DNA of 64,000 nt, taken from assembly GCA_012295275.1 (NCBI GenBank), contig CM022671.1, positions 18,538,001-18,602,000 of the forward strand, in the 5' to 3' direction. Below, piece by piece: positions 51,196 to 64,000 of the stretch (the stretch's first letter is position 1; each line of letters starts with the position of its first letter). A model generated the notes under the pieces. The model did no database searches, was not told where the DNA came from, and was given only the letters and a program-made list of their open reading frames with translations. Source of the stretch: Chrysomallon squamiferum. Lineage: Eukaryota; Animalia; Mollusca. The translations under genes were made by a program, and so were the position numbers.

Positions 51196-53437
51196 CTCAT
51201 ATCTTTCTTTTGTTGAACGATGTTGTTTGTAATTCATATTTTAGGCACACGGTAACATGGTGCGTCTTAAAAAGCAGTATAAAAGTACATAAGCCAATCC
51301 GTAGAGGAATTAAGAGAAACTAAAAAATGAATATAGCGAAGACAAAAAGGCAAACAGGATATGAATTATACACCAAATTTGAGATACAGACCTCTGGTTT
51401 TGATCTGTTTGGTGCATCTGTAAAATTACTCGTTTAACAAAAAGATTTACTGAAACAAATTTTACAGATTTAAAAAAACAACCGAACATGGATATTTGAT
51501 CGGAAGACGAATGGGATTTATAATGGACTATTACATTCGGGAAGTAAAACCACATATTATTTAATATTTAAATTCAGCCTGACATCTTCCACTTTCTTCG
51601 TTTTAGCAAATGCTTCGTTTGGAAGGAAAACCAGTTTACGGAGAAAGCACCATTCCATTATCATTGTATTCCCCTTGGACACATATCGATAGATGTCACG
51701 TGCCATGAACTTCACTAGTCAATAATGGCGTGATGACATGACTAACGGTAACTAGATGACTCACGTGGTCAAGGAGAATTGGTTGTATTACATTTCACGA
51801 CCCTGCTGCTGGCTAGCACATATGATTTTCAACTTTGACATTTAGGTGGGGTTTTTTTTTTCTGTTTAGAACAATAATAATAACAATAATAAAAATCTAT
51901 GTCTTCATTCGAACATATATTCATCTTGTCACTTAAGGTATGCCTGGATAAAATAAAGATAATATAAAAAAAAAAATGCTTTTGAATATATGTAAACGAT
52001 CAAGAGCAAACATATTGTTAAGGAATGGCAGAGATTTTCAAAAAAAAACAAAAACAGACTGAAAGAGAGAAATCTGTTTCAGTTAAACCATCAAACAATA
52101 AAATAACAAAAAGGCTGAAGTAATTATTATTACTGTTTATTTAGTGATTTAATCACGGACATCACACTCCGCTAGGATCATGTTGCCTGGATTTCATAGA
52201 CAATTCTGGCCCAAGTCTAGCAAACAAATAGAAAAATGGTGTCATTACCGATTCTTTCTTGCAGCCTTACGCATTCTGTTTACTGGCGTTCAGCCACCTT
52301 GGTAACTGTTCTTTATTGTCTAGCTGTTTTTGCCCTTGCAGCTAATTTATGCATATCATACGGTATAATAATATTATAGGTCGAAATTGTTGTTGTCAGA
52401 AATAAAATGCCATGTAACAATAATAAATATTATGAAAACCTTAGAAGAAAAAAAAAAGAAAAAAATGAAGAAGACTAAATAGAAGAAGAAAAAGAATTCT
52501 GTGATTAGGAAGAAAAGTTAATAAAGTTTAGAAAATAATGCTAACGATGACAAAGAAGCCAATGATAAAAAATGACGATTGTCAAACAATGATTCAAGCA
52601 CAACATCTTGCCAAACTAACCCAGCTGTTTTTCCTCCTCAAAGCGTTACCAGATTAAAACAAATATGGGTGTTCTTGGAATGAGCTGGTACGGGGACAAG
52701 GATCCCGGGAGGCTTCAGTCTTAATTCCAGCGCGCGGTACTGGTCTTCAAGCGATACGTCAAAAATCACACTTATAATCAACTCTCATACAACACATTTC
52801 ATTTGCATATAATTATACTTGTTACGATAATAATAGCAGTATTGTTGACATGGACTCATTATAAATGCGGATATTGCCAGTTATGGGCAATTTCAACTAA
52901 TTTCTTTCTGTAATTTGAAAATTGTTGTCTACAATGGAACACGCGGCGAGATGGCACATAATTAACGGTGATACGGTGTCAAGAGACAAAGCGATTTTGT
53001 CCCAGCTGCCAATGCCTCATGTTTAAATACGCCCACCATGTTCATCCTCAACACTGAAAAGCTTTGCTGTTTTATAGACTGTAAAATCTGTCACGCTGCA
53101 TGAAAAATAACAACAAAACAATCGGCTACACGTTTATACTCAGTAACTCATCTGTGATGTTGTAATGAAACAAAGACCACCGTCTGTGTTTCGAGTTTCA
53201 GCTTTAACGTGCTTTATTTTTTATCCGGATTTAATTAATACAGGCGTCTTTCCAGACAAGTATATTCCAGCTACAAAACAGTAACAAAAATTATTTTAGG
53301 CGGTGAAAACAAGTGTAATTTTATTTTGAGGCTGTCTGTTCAAACCAAAGGGCATACAGATTTAAAGAATTTCGGTTACAGTAATTTACAATTTTTTTTT
53401 TCGAGATAAAAAACTGTACTGTTTACGAAACAACCAG

Positions 53438-53472
<35 letters not shown>

Positions 53473-56400
53473 CAGAAAAAGTACTTCTTCTCCTCCTTCT
53501 ACATTATTATACATACTTCTTACACATGGAAGCTCTTGTGGAGTTGAACACATATCAGTACTTCAGCTGTAGTGTCATATTTGTGAGAAAAAAACGACTG
53601 TTTAACGATTCCTTAACAATGATTTAAAAGCCATTTGATATAACATCTGTATCTAAGTATTTTGATTGAAATATGGTACAAGCTGTTACCAAGAATAAAC
53701 TGCCAATAACCAAAACTTCTTTATTTAATCCACTATTTGAAGTTATTTTGTGGAATTTCAAGCATGAAAATATCTCCAGTTTTTAACAGTCTCGGGAGAT
53801 CTGTCACGTCTGATATATGTTTTATGATCACTATCAACCGACACTTCGTAATGCTTTGTTAAAGGTGGTACTACACATTGTAATTATATTCTCCTTATCT
53901 GCCATTTCTTCTCTCCCGAGCACCATTTCAACAGTAATTTTCTCCTAAGCAAAATATTTATAAATTTCATGTAATATTGTTTCTATCGAGGGAATGATGT
54001 ATGAGATGACTGTCGGAGAAACGCAAAACAATTGTGTTACTGGCATCCGCAAATGTCTGTGCTTGCTTTCCTTGGCGCATATTACAGAAGCAGCCTGCAT
54101 GTTCTGTAACCACCGGTTCGTGAATTTTAGCGGAATAAATTGAATGTAATTTAACTATAACTGATTGATGTTTCGTATAATATTGATAAAACCAGAAAAT
54201 TTATACCCCGGAAATTAATATCGTTTACACAGTCACTGTGTATAGAACTCATTCTCTCAGCCGGCTCTCATATTAACAAAGGTCTGTGAACTTGTGCCGT
54301 TCATGACGACAAACAAAAAGATCAGGTCATTACAAGCAAGTCGGATCTGTTTCCAGGATGTTGCTCTAGCCCTATCTTGTCTAACATAATCCATCAACGT
54401 CGACAGCGACACGTGCACGACTGTAGCATCAATAGGAAAGTTCATGATGTCGTTGTCGAGATCGGTCCAGATCTGTGTAAATGTTGTAAACGTCCTTCTA
54501 ACATCCATTTTATCAAGAGAACGTGTAAGTCTTCTTGTGCGAATTGTAGTTTTATAAAATATACAGAATCTATGAGGTTAACCCAGTTTCTTTGTTTCAT
54601 TCCTCTATTTGTTATGTTATTTCGTCCAGGATAAATTCTTGCTTGTTTTTTTGTTTTTTTGAGCATATCGAATAATACATTAACGGTAATAGTTAAATGA
54701 TCTTTGATTAAGAGTAGACTTTTTTTTTTATTACTAAGTTTTCTGGTGTGAATATAATAATATGTAAAAAGCGTATTTGGCCCTTAATGAGTTTTGTTAT
54801 TTGTTTAAAAAGAAGCGAGGAAAAAATTATTAATCTGCAGATTTTATCTATCATTTTAAAAGTATTACATCAGCTTTTTAATATAATTTTCTAACAAAAA
54901 AACAAAACAAAAAAGAAAACAAAAAAACTAAAGTTCTTGAAAGAAAGAAACTCTCATATCCACAAATAATCTGTAATTTAATTAAAATTTTAAAATCGTT
55001 TTTTTTAAATTTGTATGCGGAGTCAATAAAACCTCGCATCCAAGGACATTAATTACTTCCGATATTCAATACATCGTCTGCACCAGTTGTTGCCTAAAAT
55101 ATCGTAAAATTAAATGTAGCAGGTGTTCATTTCGTTTTTGAAAAAAAAAAAAAAAGAAGAAGAAAAAAAAAAAGATCATGTGACATCGCTTATTCGACTG
55201 GTGTCAGACTACTGCGGATACAACGCCTGCATGTTCAGCGAAACACGTTTGAAAAGTACTCATCAAATAATAATAGTGTCTGGTGTATTAAAGACTACCT
55301 TAATGCACGGCAGTAAAGTACACGATCGTTCTTTGATGCAGTCATGCAGACGTAACAAAATTTATTTTTGTTGCAAGCGTGTAAGCAGTACGTCAGAAAA
55401 ATAAATAAAAGATAAATACGAGGGCGGCGATTAATGTGTTACGTATCCAGGAAAGAATGGTTTCTTGGAAATTGGTATTATACTGTCTGAATCTCTAAAG
55501 CATAAAATAAAACTATTTTAAACCCCGAAATACAGACATATAAACGAAAAAGGAGGAAATGAAAACAAAATAAAGACAAAAATAAAATACAACAGCAACA
55601 GCAACAACAGCTATTTCTTCTTCGTCGTCTTCTGCTTTTATTTTTACTACTTTTACTAATTCTACCATCACCACCATTACCACTACTACTGCTGCTGCTG
55701 CTACTACTGCTACCAAATAATAATAATTATAGTAATAGTAATAATAATAATAACAACGACAACAAATAAATATAGTAAAACTTCTAAAAATCGGACATTC
55801 ATTAAACTCAGTGATTTACACAGTCGTGTGATTTGTCAAGAACTATAGAACCAAACGTTTCATTTGACCCCGATTATATTGGTCTTGAAACATTTTTTTT
55901 TTGGTTCTAATTGTTCAGATAACAATTTTCGGAAATAATTCAGGTTGTTATTAAGAAATATTAATTAATCTGACTACTTATAGTGATAATTCAAAACATA
56001 GCTTATCGTATCACGTCAGTGTTTACGTTTTTCATTATATCGCTAATTTCGTTTAAGTGTAATTAATACTGCTACGGCTGCTATATTGTAAGTAATTTAT
56101 TGGTTTATACTATCATAAACCTCCTAGTCACAGTATTACAATATTGCTGTAATTCATTATATTCTTATAATCATGGATTTTTCTTTTTTAAATATATAAG
56201 AATGTCATATCTAAGTACGTGTTAGATTACTATCGTTATTTCTCTATAATTATATTTTCCTATACTGTATAACCATTGTATTTATTGTTTAATGTTGCAA
56301 TTCTTCATACTGTTGTATTCTTAAGCTTAGTCGAATTTTATTGTAATATAAATATTTATAAATAGTAACCATTATCAGTAGGTGGTCTGTCGTTAAAACA

Positions 56401-56936
56401 AAGGCTGGTAGCTGATTATTTATGTGTTTATCGTTTTAATCTATTACACTACAGTAGGTGGTCCAGCACAGGCGTAGTTTATTAACGTAACTTTTACGAT
56501 GTTGCTAGTAGCATGTCCTCAGGGACTCTATTTTTCTACTGTAATTTACGATACTGCTCAATCTTTTAAATCATGATTTGTTTAGGTTACGTTTCTGATA
56601 TCTCAATATAACGGATAGCCTATCTGTGGTGGTCACACATTGTAAGCAAGTGCTATAACGAAATAATTGGAAACCTTAGCAGAAACATGACTGCTTATTA
56701 ATTTACACAATTCAGTAATAACAATATCAATAGGCTATTTTTTAAAATTATTATTATACTGTTGTAACTAGTATGAGTAGCTGATCAAATGTTGCTTCTG
56801 TTTATCGTTCATAGTTATTACTATAGGGCTTTAGGGCTGATTCAATAACAACAGTACAAATACTGTTATATCTAATTAATACTTCTGTTTTGCGATATCT
56901 ACTAGTACTTCTGTTACTTACTACTACTATTATCAC

Positions 56937-57000
<64 letters not shown>

Positions 57001-57800
57001 GTAGTTGTAGTAGTAGTACTAGTAGTTGGAATAGTAGTGGTAGTAATAATAGCAGCGGTAATAGTGACATTATTTTTATTATTATTGTTATTACTATTAC
57101 ACTATCCAATACCAATAGTATTGCTGCTTCTACTTCAGTTAATATAATATTGCCAGTGTCACTACTTTACATTAAATGCTTTATTACTATTACACTGTTA
57201 CAGCTACCAAAACTAGTATCAATATCGCTACACCTGTACTCAGCTTTTGTCTCCAGATGACATTTTATTCAGTTATTGAAAGACTACAATGTGCACTTTA
57301 GGTGGAACTTATCATCTAATATTTATAACACCTGCAGGTGCAGTGTGCCTGACGTCACCGCATGGCTTGCGAAAACGACGTTATGGACAACATCCTGAAC
57401 AAAGCAACTGCGAACAGTCGTTTTCGAGCGGCTTATATCGGCAATACATCACTTTGTAATAGATAATGTATACACCTGTGCTCCATAATGACAGAGCCAT
57501 TATTTTTATTTACTCTGCTGTTATTATCAACTTTTTTTTTCTTTCTGTCTCTTTTTTCGGATGACAGGTTGATTTTAGAAGTGTAAATTGTTAGAATATT
57601 ACAACGTAACAGAAAAAAAAAAACCCAGAGTATATAATCATTATAAATCGTTATTAATTAGTAATGACGATAATGATGATGATGATGATGATGATGATAA
57701 TAATAATAATAAGAACAACAACAACAACAACAAAAATAACAAAAATAAAGACAGAAAAAAAGAGAAAAATCTAACAAACAATTAAAAAATACGGTTAAAA

Positions 57801-58126
57801 AATCCACAAAGTGGCAGAAATGTTTATGAATTATTTGTGTATATAACAAACAGTTAAAAAAAAGTATTATTAATAAATCCACAAAATAGCAGTAAAGTTA
57901 ATGAATTATTTGTGTACATAACAAACGATTAAAAATTATGATTAATAAATCCACAAAATAGCAGTAACGTTAATGAATTATTTGTGTACATAACAAACGA
58001 TTAAAAAGTATGATTAATAAATCCACAAAATACAAGTAACGTTAATGAATTATTTGCGTATTAAACAAACAATTAAAAAGTATGATTAATAAATCCACAA
58101 AATAGCAGAAAAGTTAATGAATTATT

Positions 58127-58130
<4 letters not shown>
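57801..58130. repeat. 72-bp minisatellite, ~4.5 copies
   Basis: Units atccacaaaa...gttaatgaattatttgtgtacataacaaacgattaaaaagtatgattaataa start at 57802, 57877, 57949, 58021 and 58093. Confidence 0.93.
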
Positions 58131-58167
<37 letters not shown>

Positions 58168-60025
58168 CCTTATGTGTTAGGTGTGTGTACTTAAACATAA
58201 AAAACAACCATGTGTTATACATTTTTTTATAACTAGCAAAATTACTTTAATTTTATTCAAATGTGGTTATATTTGTAAAGAAAAAAATAACGTAGTAAGA
58301 ACACAGTTTTTTAACATACGAATGTCTTGGTCTCACAGTTCAGGTGCCTGGGCTGTTTTATCAGGCCAGCTTAATATTTGTAAATCAGTAGATTAAATAG
58401 AGAGAAGCGATAGCTGCCTTATTCGTTGTTAACTAACTCTAGGCAAATCATGACACGAGGATTTCGTGTTATTATGTAAAGAAATTAAGGCCATAATTTA
58501 GCTATGTCGTAACAGACTTGCAGATAGGGTGTTGTTTGTGGTCGGGCTAATAAAAAATTAGTTACTGGGAAATAAATAAATAAATAAAAATAGATAATTC
58601 CCGAAACCACAGAATAGTGGATGCCATTCTAAATTTTTATTTGTCAGCTTAATTAACGAATTGCTTGCTGAAACGTGCGTAGTGTATATCTGAAATTGAA
58701 GTCAGTGTGAACGCCATTTTAAACATGCGAAGGTTGATTTTTATTAATGTGTTTGAATGCAAAGGTCAGTTCTGCAGATTGTTGTCAATTATCTGTATTT
58801 ATTTCATAAAACATTTAGTTGACGAACGTTGACTCGTTATGTTAATTTACAACAAGTTTAATATTTTATATTAAAGCTTTGAATTTCGACCTCCTATTAT
58901 GTTCATTATAGTATGATTATAGGTGCAGTACTTATACATATTCAGCTAATTATTTGAATATTTGTGTATGTATATGTATACATACATACATACTTATATA
59001 TATGTGTGTGTGTGTATTTGTGTATTAAAGCATATATATAATTTTACTGTAAATCCCATGTAATTAATTATCATTTATTTTGTACATAAAAATAACAAGC
59101 AAACCACAAACTAACTAAATAACTAAAATTTAAAAAAAAGAAGTCGCAGTGTAAAAAACCATATTCATTAAACTACAAAAACAAAATCTCATTTGATGTA
59201 CAATATTATTCAAATTTTTGTGGGCTTTCCCCTCCAAAACACAATATTTAATTGGCAATAATTTTACATTATTATATTTTAAATAAGTAAAAAAAAAAAA
59301 AAAAAATCTATTGTTGTACATTAAAGTGTAAACGACAGATGGCGGTGGAGCAGTAATGTTAAAATATAATACATAATAAACAAGTACGCATCTGTTACAG
59401 TTACTGAAATAACGTGAATGTAACGTGGCACATCTACAGGCCTGGAGGTTATATCAATAAACATTAAACATGTGAAATGTTTTATAATATTAATAACGGG
59501 GTAAAACTTAAACAACTGACTGTTTATTAAGTACAGAAATATGAGTATAATGAGTCAAAGTAATTCACAAAATATGAAGCCTAAGATGCAGCATATTTTA
59601 TTTATATGCATATGCGTAAGCGTTCCTTACTGATTTTAATGATGTTTTAATTGAAGAAGTCATAACAAGGGTGAAAGCAGGACATTGTTGGGGAGAAAGG
59701 TTTCGCTAAAATAACGTGTATATTTGTATGCATGGAAATAAAATCTCTGTGTGTACGAAGTCAAATGAGTTTGTCTATACGTCAGGATGGTCAAAGGATA
59801 ATTATTGTGAAGGAATTATTTTAAAACTACATCTCCTTGTCATATATCTCTTTATATTTTTCGAAAACACAAAGACATTTTTCCAGAACGACTGACAAAA
59901 ACCCAGTCATTCAAATAAACAAAGAAACGAACGAAAATGTAAACATAAGTAATAATAATGATAATAATAATAATAATAATAACAATACCAATATCAATAC
60001 CAAGAAGAAGAAGAAGAAGAAGAAG

Positions 60026-60070
<45 letters not shown>

Positions 60071-60767
60071 AATAATAATAATAATAATAGTAATAAAGAT
60101 AATAAAAATAATAAATGCAGCTGTATCAAAATGATTAAACATTATTTTACATTTTCACGCACAGCAAAGTCAGTTAAAAAAAAAAAGTAAGAAAGAAAGA
60201 AAGAAAGAAAGAAAAAAGAAGTGAAACAAATAAAAAAATTTATACATAATTTTATGTATACGTGTATGTTTTAAATTTTTTTAACTATTTTTATAACATG
60301 ACGATATTTATTGTACCTTGTTATCTTTACCAAAACAAGGTATAATGTTATCTTACTTTGTCACTCTTCATAGATAATAACTAATATAAATCAGCCCCGT
60401 ATTAGCTATTTCAGTTCATAATATCCTGGAATTGAATCAAATCTGAGGGATTGAAAAAGGTTAAGTCGAATGCCCTTATTGTTCGCTATTATTATTAATA
60501 TTTTTTCCTTCTTTCTTCTTTTTCATGAGACAGTATTGATTATGTAGTGTCTAAAACGTTTCACATCATTGTCTTTTTATATTTAACGAATAATAGAGAA
60601 TATTGAAAGAAAATGTTAGGACTCCAGTGTGCTTTATTATTACATTATAATTTTATTGTAGTTGTTGTTGTTGTTGTTGTTATTACTATATAATTATATC
60701 ACTGGTCTTGTTATTTTACTGCTATTTATTATTGTTGATGTTGATGTTGTTGTTATTATTATAGTTG

Positions 60768-60811
<44 letters not shown>

Positions 60812-61513
60812 CAAACAAAACATGATTAAAACTGCTTGAGACTATATCTGGGACTATAACATTACAAATCTATGTTTTACTAATATTTAAAAATTATAAA
60901 AAAATTATTAAAAAAATCATTAACAGTCATACAATAATATTAATTATACATTCTAAATATATACAAACAGAATAGATATTTAATAAATAAAGATATTTGT
61001 GTTTTATGAAACACATTCAATACAAAACGAAAACAGCGAGTTATTGCAATACGTCATTTTAACATTATATTGTCATTATCTATCGAGTAATATGTTACAG
61101 CGCGTTACCTGATATATATATGTATGGGTGTATATATATATTACTGATTTGGAAACTGATGTATAATTTGCATTTCTAATCTGTAAAGTATATCTTAGAT
61201 GTAAAATTATATAAAATAACGAAAGAAATGAGCTACAAAGCTCTTCGTGGTGAGACCCGATTTTTATTTTATGTCGTCTGCTCGTTTGGACATGGTTTTT
61301 TATCCCAAATTTCTCTTTAAACAACAAAATATCATAAAGACTTGTATAAAAGTGATACAGCATTAATTTGAAACTGTCAGAAACATTAGTCTCATTTTAA
61401 ACACAGCACATAAAGATTATATACCATCAAAACAACACACGAATACTAAAAATATCGTAAAATCGATTGAAAGCGAAGTCTTTACATTTCTATAACAAAC
61501 GACTACGACTTAC

Positions 61514-61760
61514 CTTATACAGCTGTTTTTACCACTGTCACGCTGAAAAGTACATCCTAAGACTAAAAAACAATGACTTCCTTCATATTTTGACAATCAG
61601 TGTAAGACGTTTTCATTTTTTTCCGCAGCGCTTGCGATTAGTAGGACTTGTGTTCGCGCGTTGACAGAACATCTGTGGGCAGACGACAGTCAGCACGCTA
61701 TGGGCAAACAAAGACGTCCACGGAATACAGACAGTGTGCAGCGGACCGTGCCACTTCTCT
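61514..61760 (-). other. Candidate non-coding first exon/promoter of the neuroglian-like gene
   Basis: A perfect minus-strand donor AAG|GTAAGT at 61513 lies next to a GC/CpG-rich island. The signal-peptide exon (49232-49359) starts with an acceptor, so an upstream exon is required. The link between the two is inference. Confidence 0.4.
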
Positions 61761-62569
61761 CAGAGTACAGTAAATGAATGGAATACATTAATTTGTATTA
61801 CGGGGAGACAACTGGCAGTAGAACGCGTTCTTGACTTGGAAACAAAGAAAATGCTGGATTTAAAGTGAAGAACGAACGAATAAATAAACCAGTAAATAAA
61901 TACTACTTTTGTTTTGCTCCTAGTACTATTGCTACTGCTGCTACTACTGTTACTACTACCACTACCACCACAACTACAACTGATACTACTAATAATGATT
62001 GAATGAATGAACAAATAAAAATCAGACATTTATTTTACTTCGCACCGTTTTATGTTAGGCCTGTATGATCTAAATTTAACTTCAAAGTCGCATTTAACCA
62101 TTGTTAATTCACAGATTAATAAATGCTCGCATGACGGAAAACGTTCATTCCGTTTCGGATACTTTAATATGCATCAGTTTTAAAATATTTTTGTGCTGGA
62201 AAGTCTTTTAGGACTAGGCGACAATATCTTTTACATCAATAATGAAACCATAAATAACGCGTATTTTTTGTTTGAAACTGAATAAACAACCAAAATAAAA
62301 TCAAACATATTTAATCATGCTTGTTGTGATCGACAAATGAAAATAAACTTTAATAAAAAAAAAAAAAAAAAAAAAAATAAAAAATCTGACCTAAAATTCA
62401 TTAAATAGAAAGGTTTATAAACTGGATAAAGAAGCTATTTGAAAAGTCAGTTAATGTGATACGTTAGTCAGCTTCAGTATCTCGTTTAATCAACAGTGTC
62501 AGTGAACATAACACTCAGATGACAAAACTAATTAGTATGAGCAAATAATTAGTGCTAGAGGAGTCAGGG

Positions 62570-62654
<85 letters not shown>

Positions 62655-62737
62655 GTGTCTGCGTGTGCATGCCTCAGCTTCTGTTTGTTAGAAACAAATT
62701 GAATTTTTTTAATGTTAAAATAAACAGAGAGAGAAAG

Positions 62738-62847
<110 letters not shown>

Positions 62848-64000
62848 ACGAGTCATAGTGGAAAAAACCCAAAAACAATAGTTAAAATGTAATGCTGATG
62901 GTGACATAGTAAAAAAAAAAATAACGAAAGGAAACAAAGAAAAAGAAAGAAAAAGAAAGAAATTAGAAAACCACAGAATCTGTCCAGTATGGATTCTCGA
63001 ATGAAATTTACTCGTAAATGGATTCAGATCTGGTGAGTCACGCCAGGCCAGCAACACATAACTCTATTCCAATTTGATTTCCCCCGCTGTAAACGAGACG
63101 AAATAGCCGAGGCAAATTGAGTCAAGTGAACACTGAAGGCGACCATAGAATTCACGTAATAGTTTTGTCGCCGGTGAACGAAGGACCAATAACTTGTTGT
63201 CACGGAACGGTGTTGCAGGAATGCATTAACCGCTCTTTGAGATTCAGACATCTCGTCAGTTGTCTTCCATTCACAGCGCGGCAATTAACTTCCTGAATAT
63301 TTGGCAAATTCTTTCACCGCGATGTCGCTTAAAAAAACAAATTTCGAGTGGAAACGGAAAGTTTGTTCGATATTTTTTTTTGTTCGAATGAAAAAACACA
63401 AATTTAATGGTAAACTTTATTATTATTTTTTTTATTTAAAAAAACTTCAGTATCTTGTTTGAAGGAATAACTGAATGAATGAATAAATGAATGAATGAAT
63501 ATATACGATGTAATAATTTACAGTACGGTGCATTACTTTTCAGTTTTGTACAGTATAACAAAATCTTAAATCTTATTTTTGTAAAAAGATGGAGTAGAGA
63601 AATTGTTTGACATAGTAGCCGAATAAAATAAGAGAATGAAATAAATATGAGATATAATAAAGATCTTTCAATCTACATGTGTTTTTGTTTGTGTACAATT
63701 CCATGGAAATGAAGCTAGCTCTCTCACAGTTTTAAATAAAGAGTCCCCAGACACTCAGGCCCACTGTTACTACTACTGTCACTACTACTGTTTTATTGCC
63801 ACTGTTATTTCCCATTTAACAATACTGCTGTTGTTGCCACTGTAATCATTATCATCATGGACATTATATCTGTCATTAATACTACTCCCGCTACAACAAC
63901 AACAACAACAACAACAACAACTACTACTACTACTACTGCTCCTTCTACTATTACAACTACTATTACTGCTACAACTACTATTATTACTAGAAGTATTATT

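Noticed and set aside
57801-58130. Regular repeats considered as a CRISPR array (also 18021-18180 and 48174-48265)
   Set aside because: Head-to-tail units without unique spacers, no cas genes, eukaryotic context.

Overview
AT-rich, microsatellite-dense, intron-containing animal genomic DNA; the proteins and repeat style suggest a lophotrochozoan, probably a mollusc (inference). No prokaryotic features, CRISPR, rRNA or tRNA genes are seen, and most entries in the ORF track are microsatellite artefacts. Reading splice sites by hand gives six phase-consistent genes: (1) the 5' part of paxillin (-, LD1/LD2 exons, continues off the left edge); (2) a divergent 67-aa G-protein gamma subunit (-, absent from the ORF track); (3) an 8-exon, ~10-TM, 388-aa membrane protein resembling fungal Ice2/SERINC (+); (4) REXO4 (-, with an apparent 1-nt frameshift in an A7 run); (5) a 140-aa CYYR1/Shisa-like single-pass protein with a PPxY motif (+); (6) a 675-aa neuroglian/L1-family protein reduced to one Ig plus five FN3 domains and ending in a GPI-like tail (-). 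The most notable observations are the truncated, apparently GPI-anchored neuroglian paralog, the animal Ice2-like gene, and a candidate internal paxillin promoter with a paxillin-delta-like Met. All homology calls come from remembered family motifs, not database searches.
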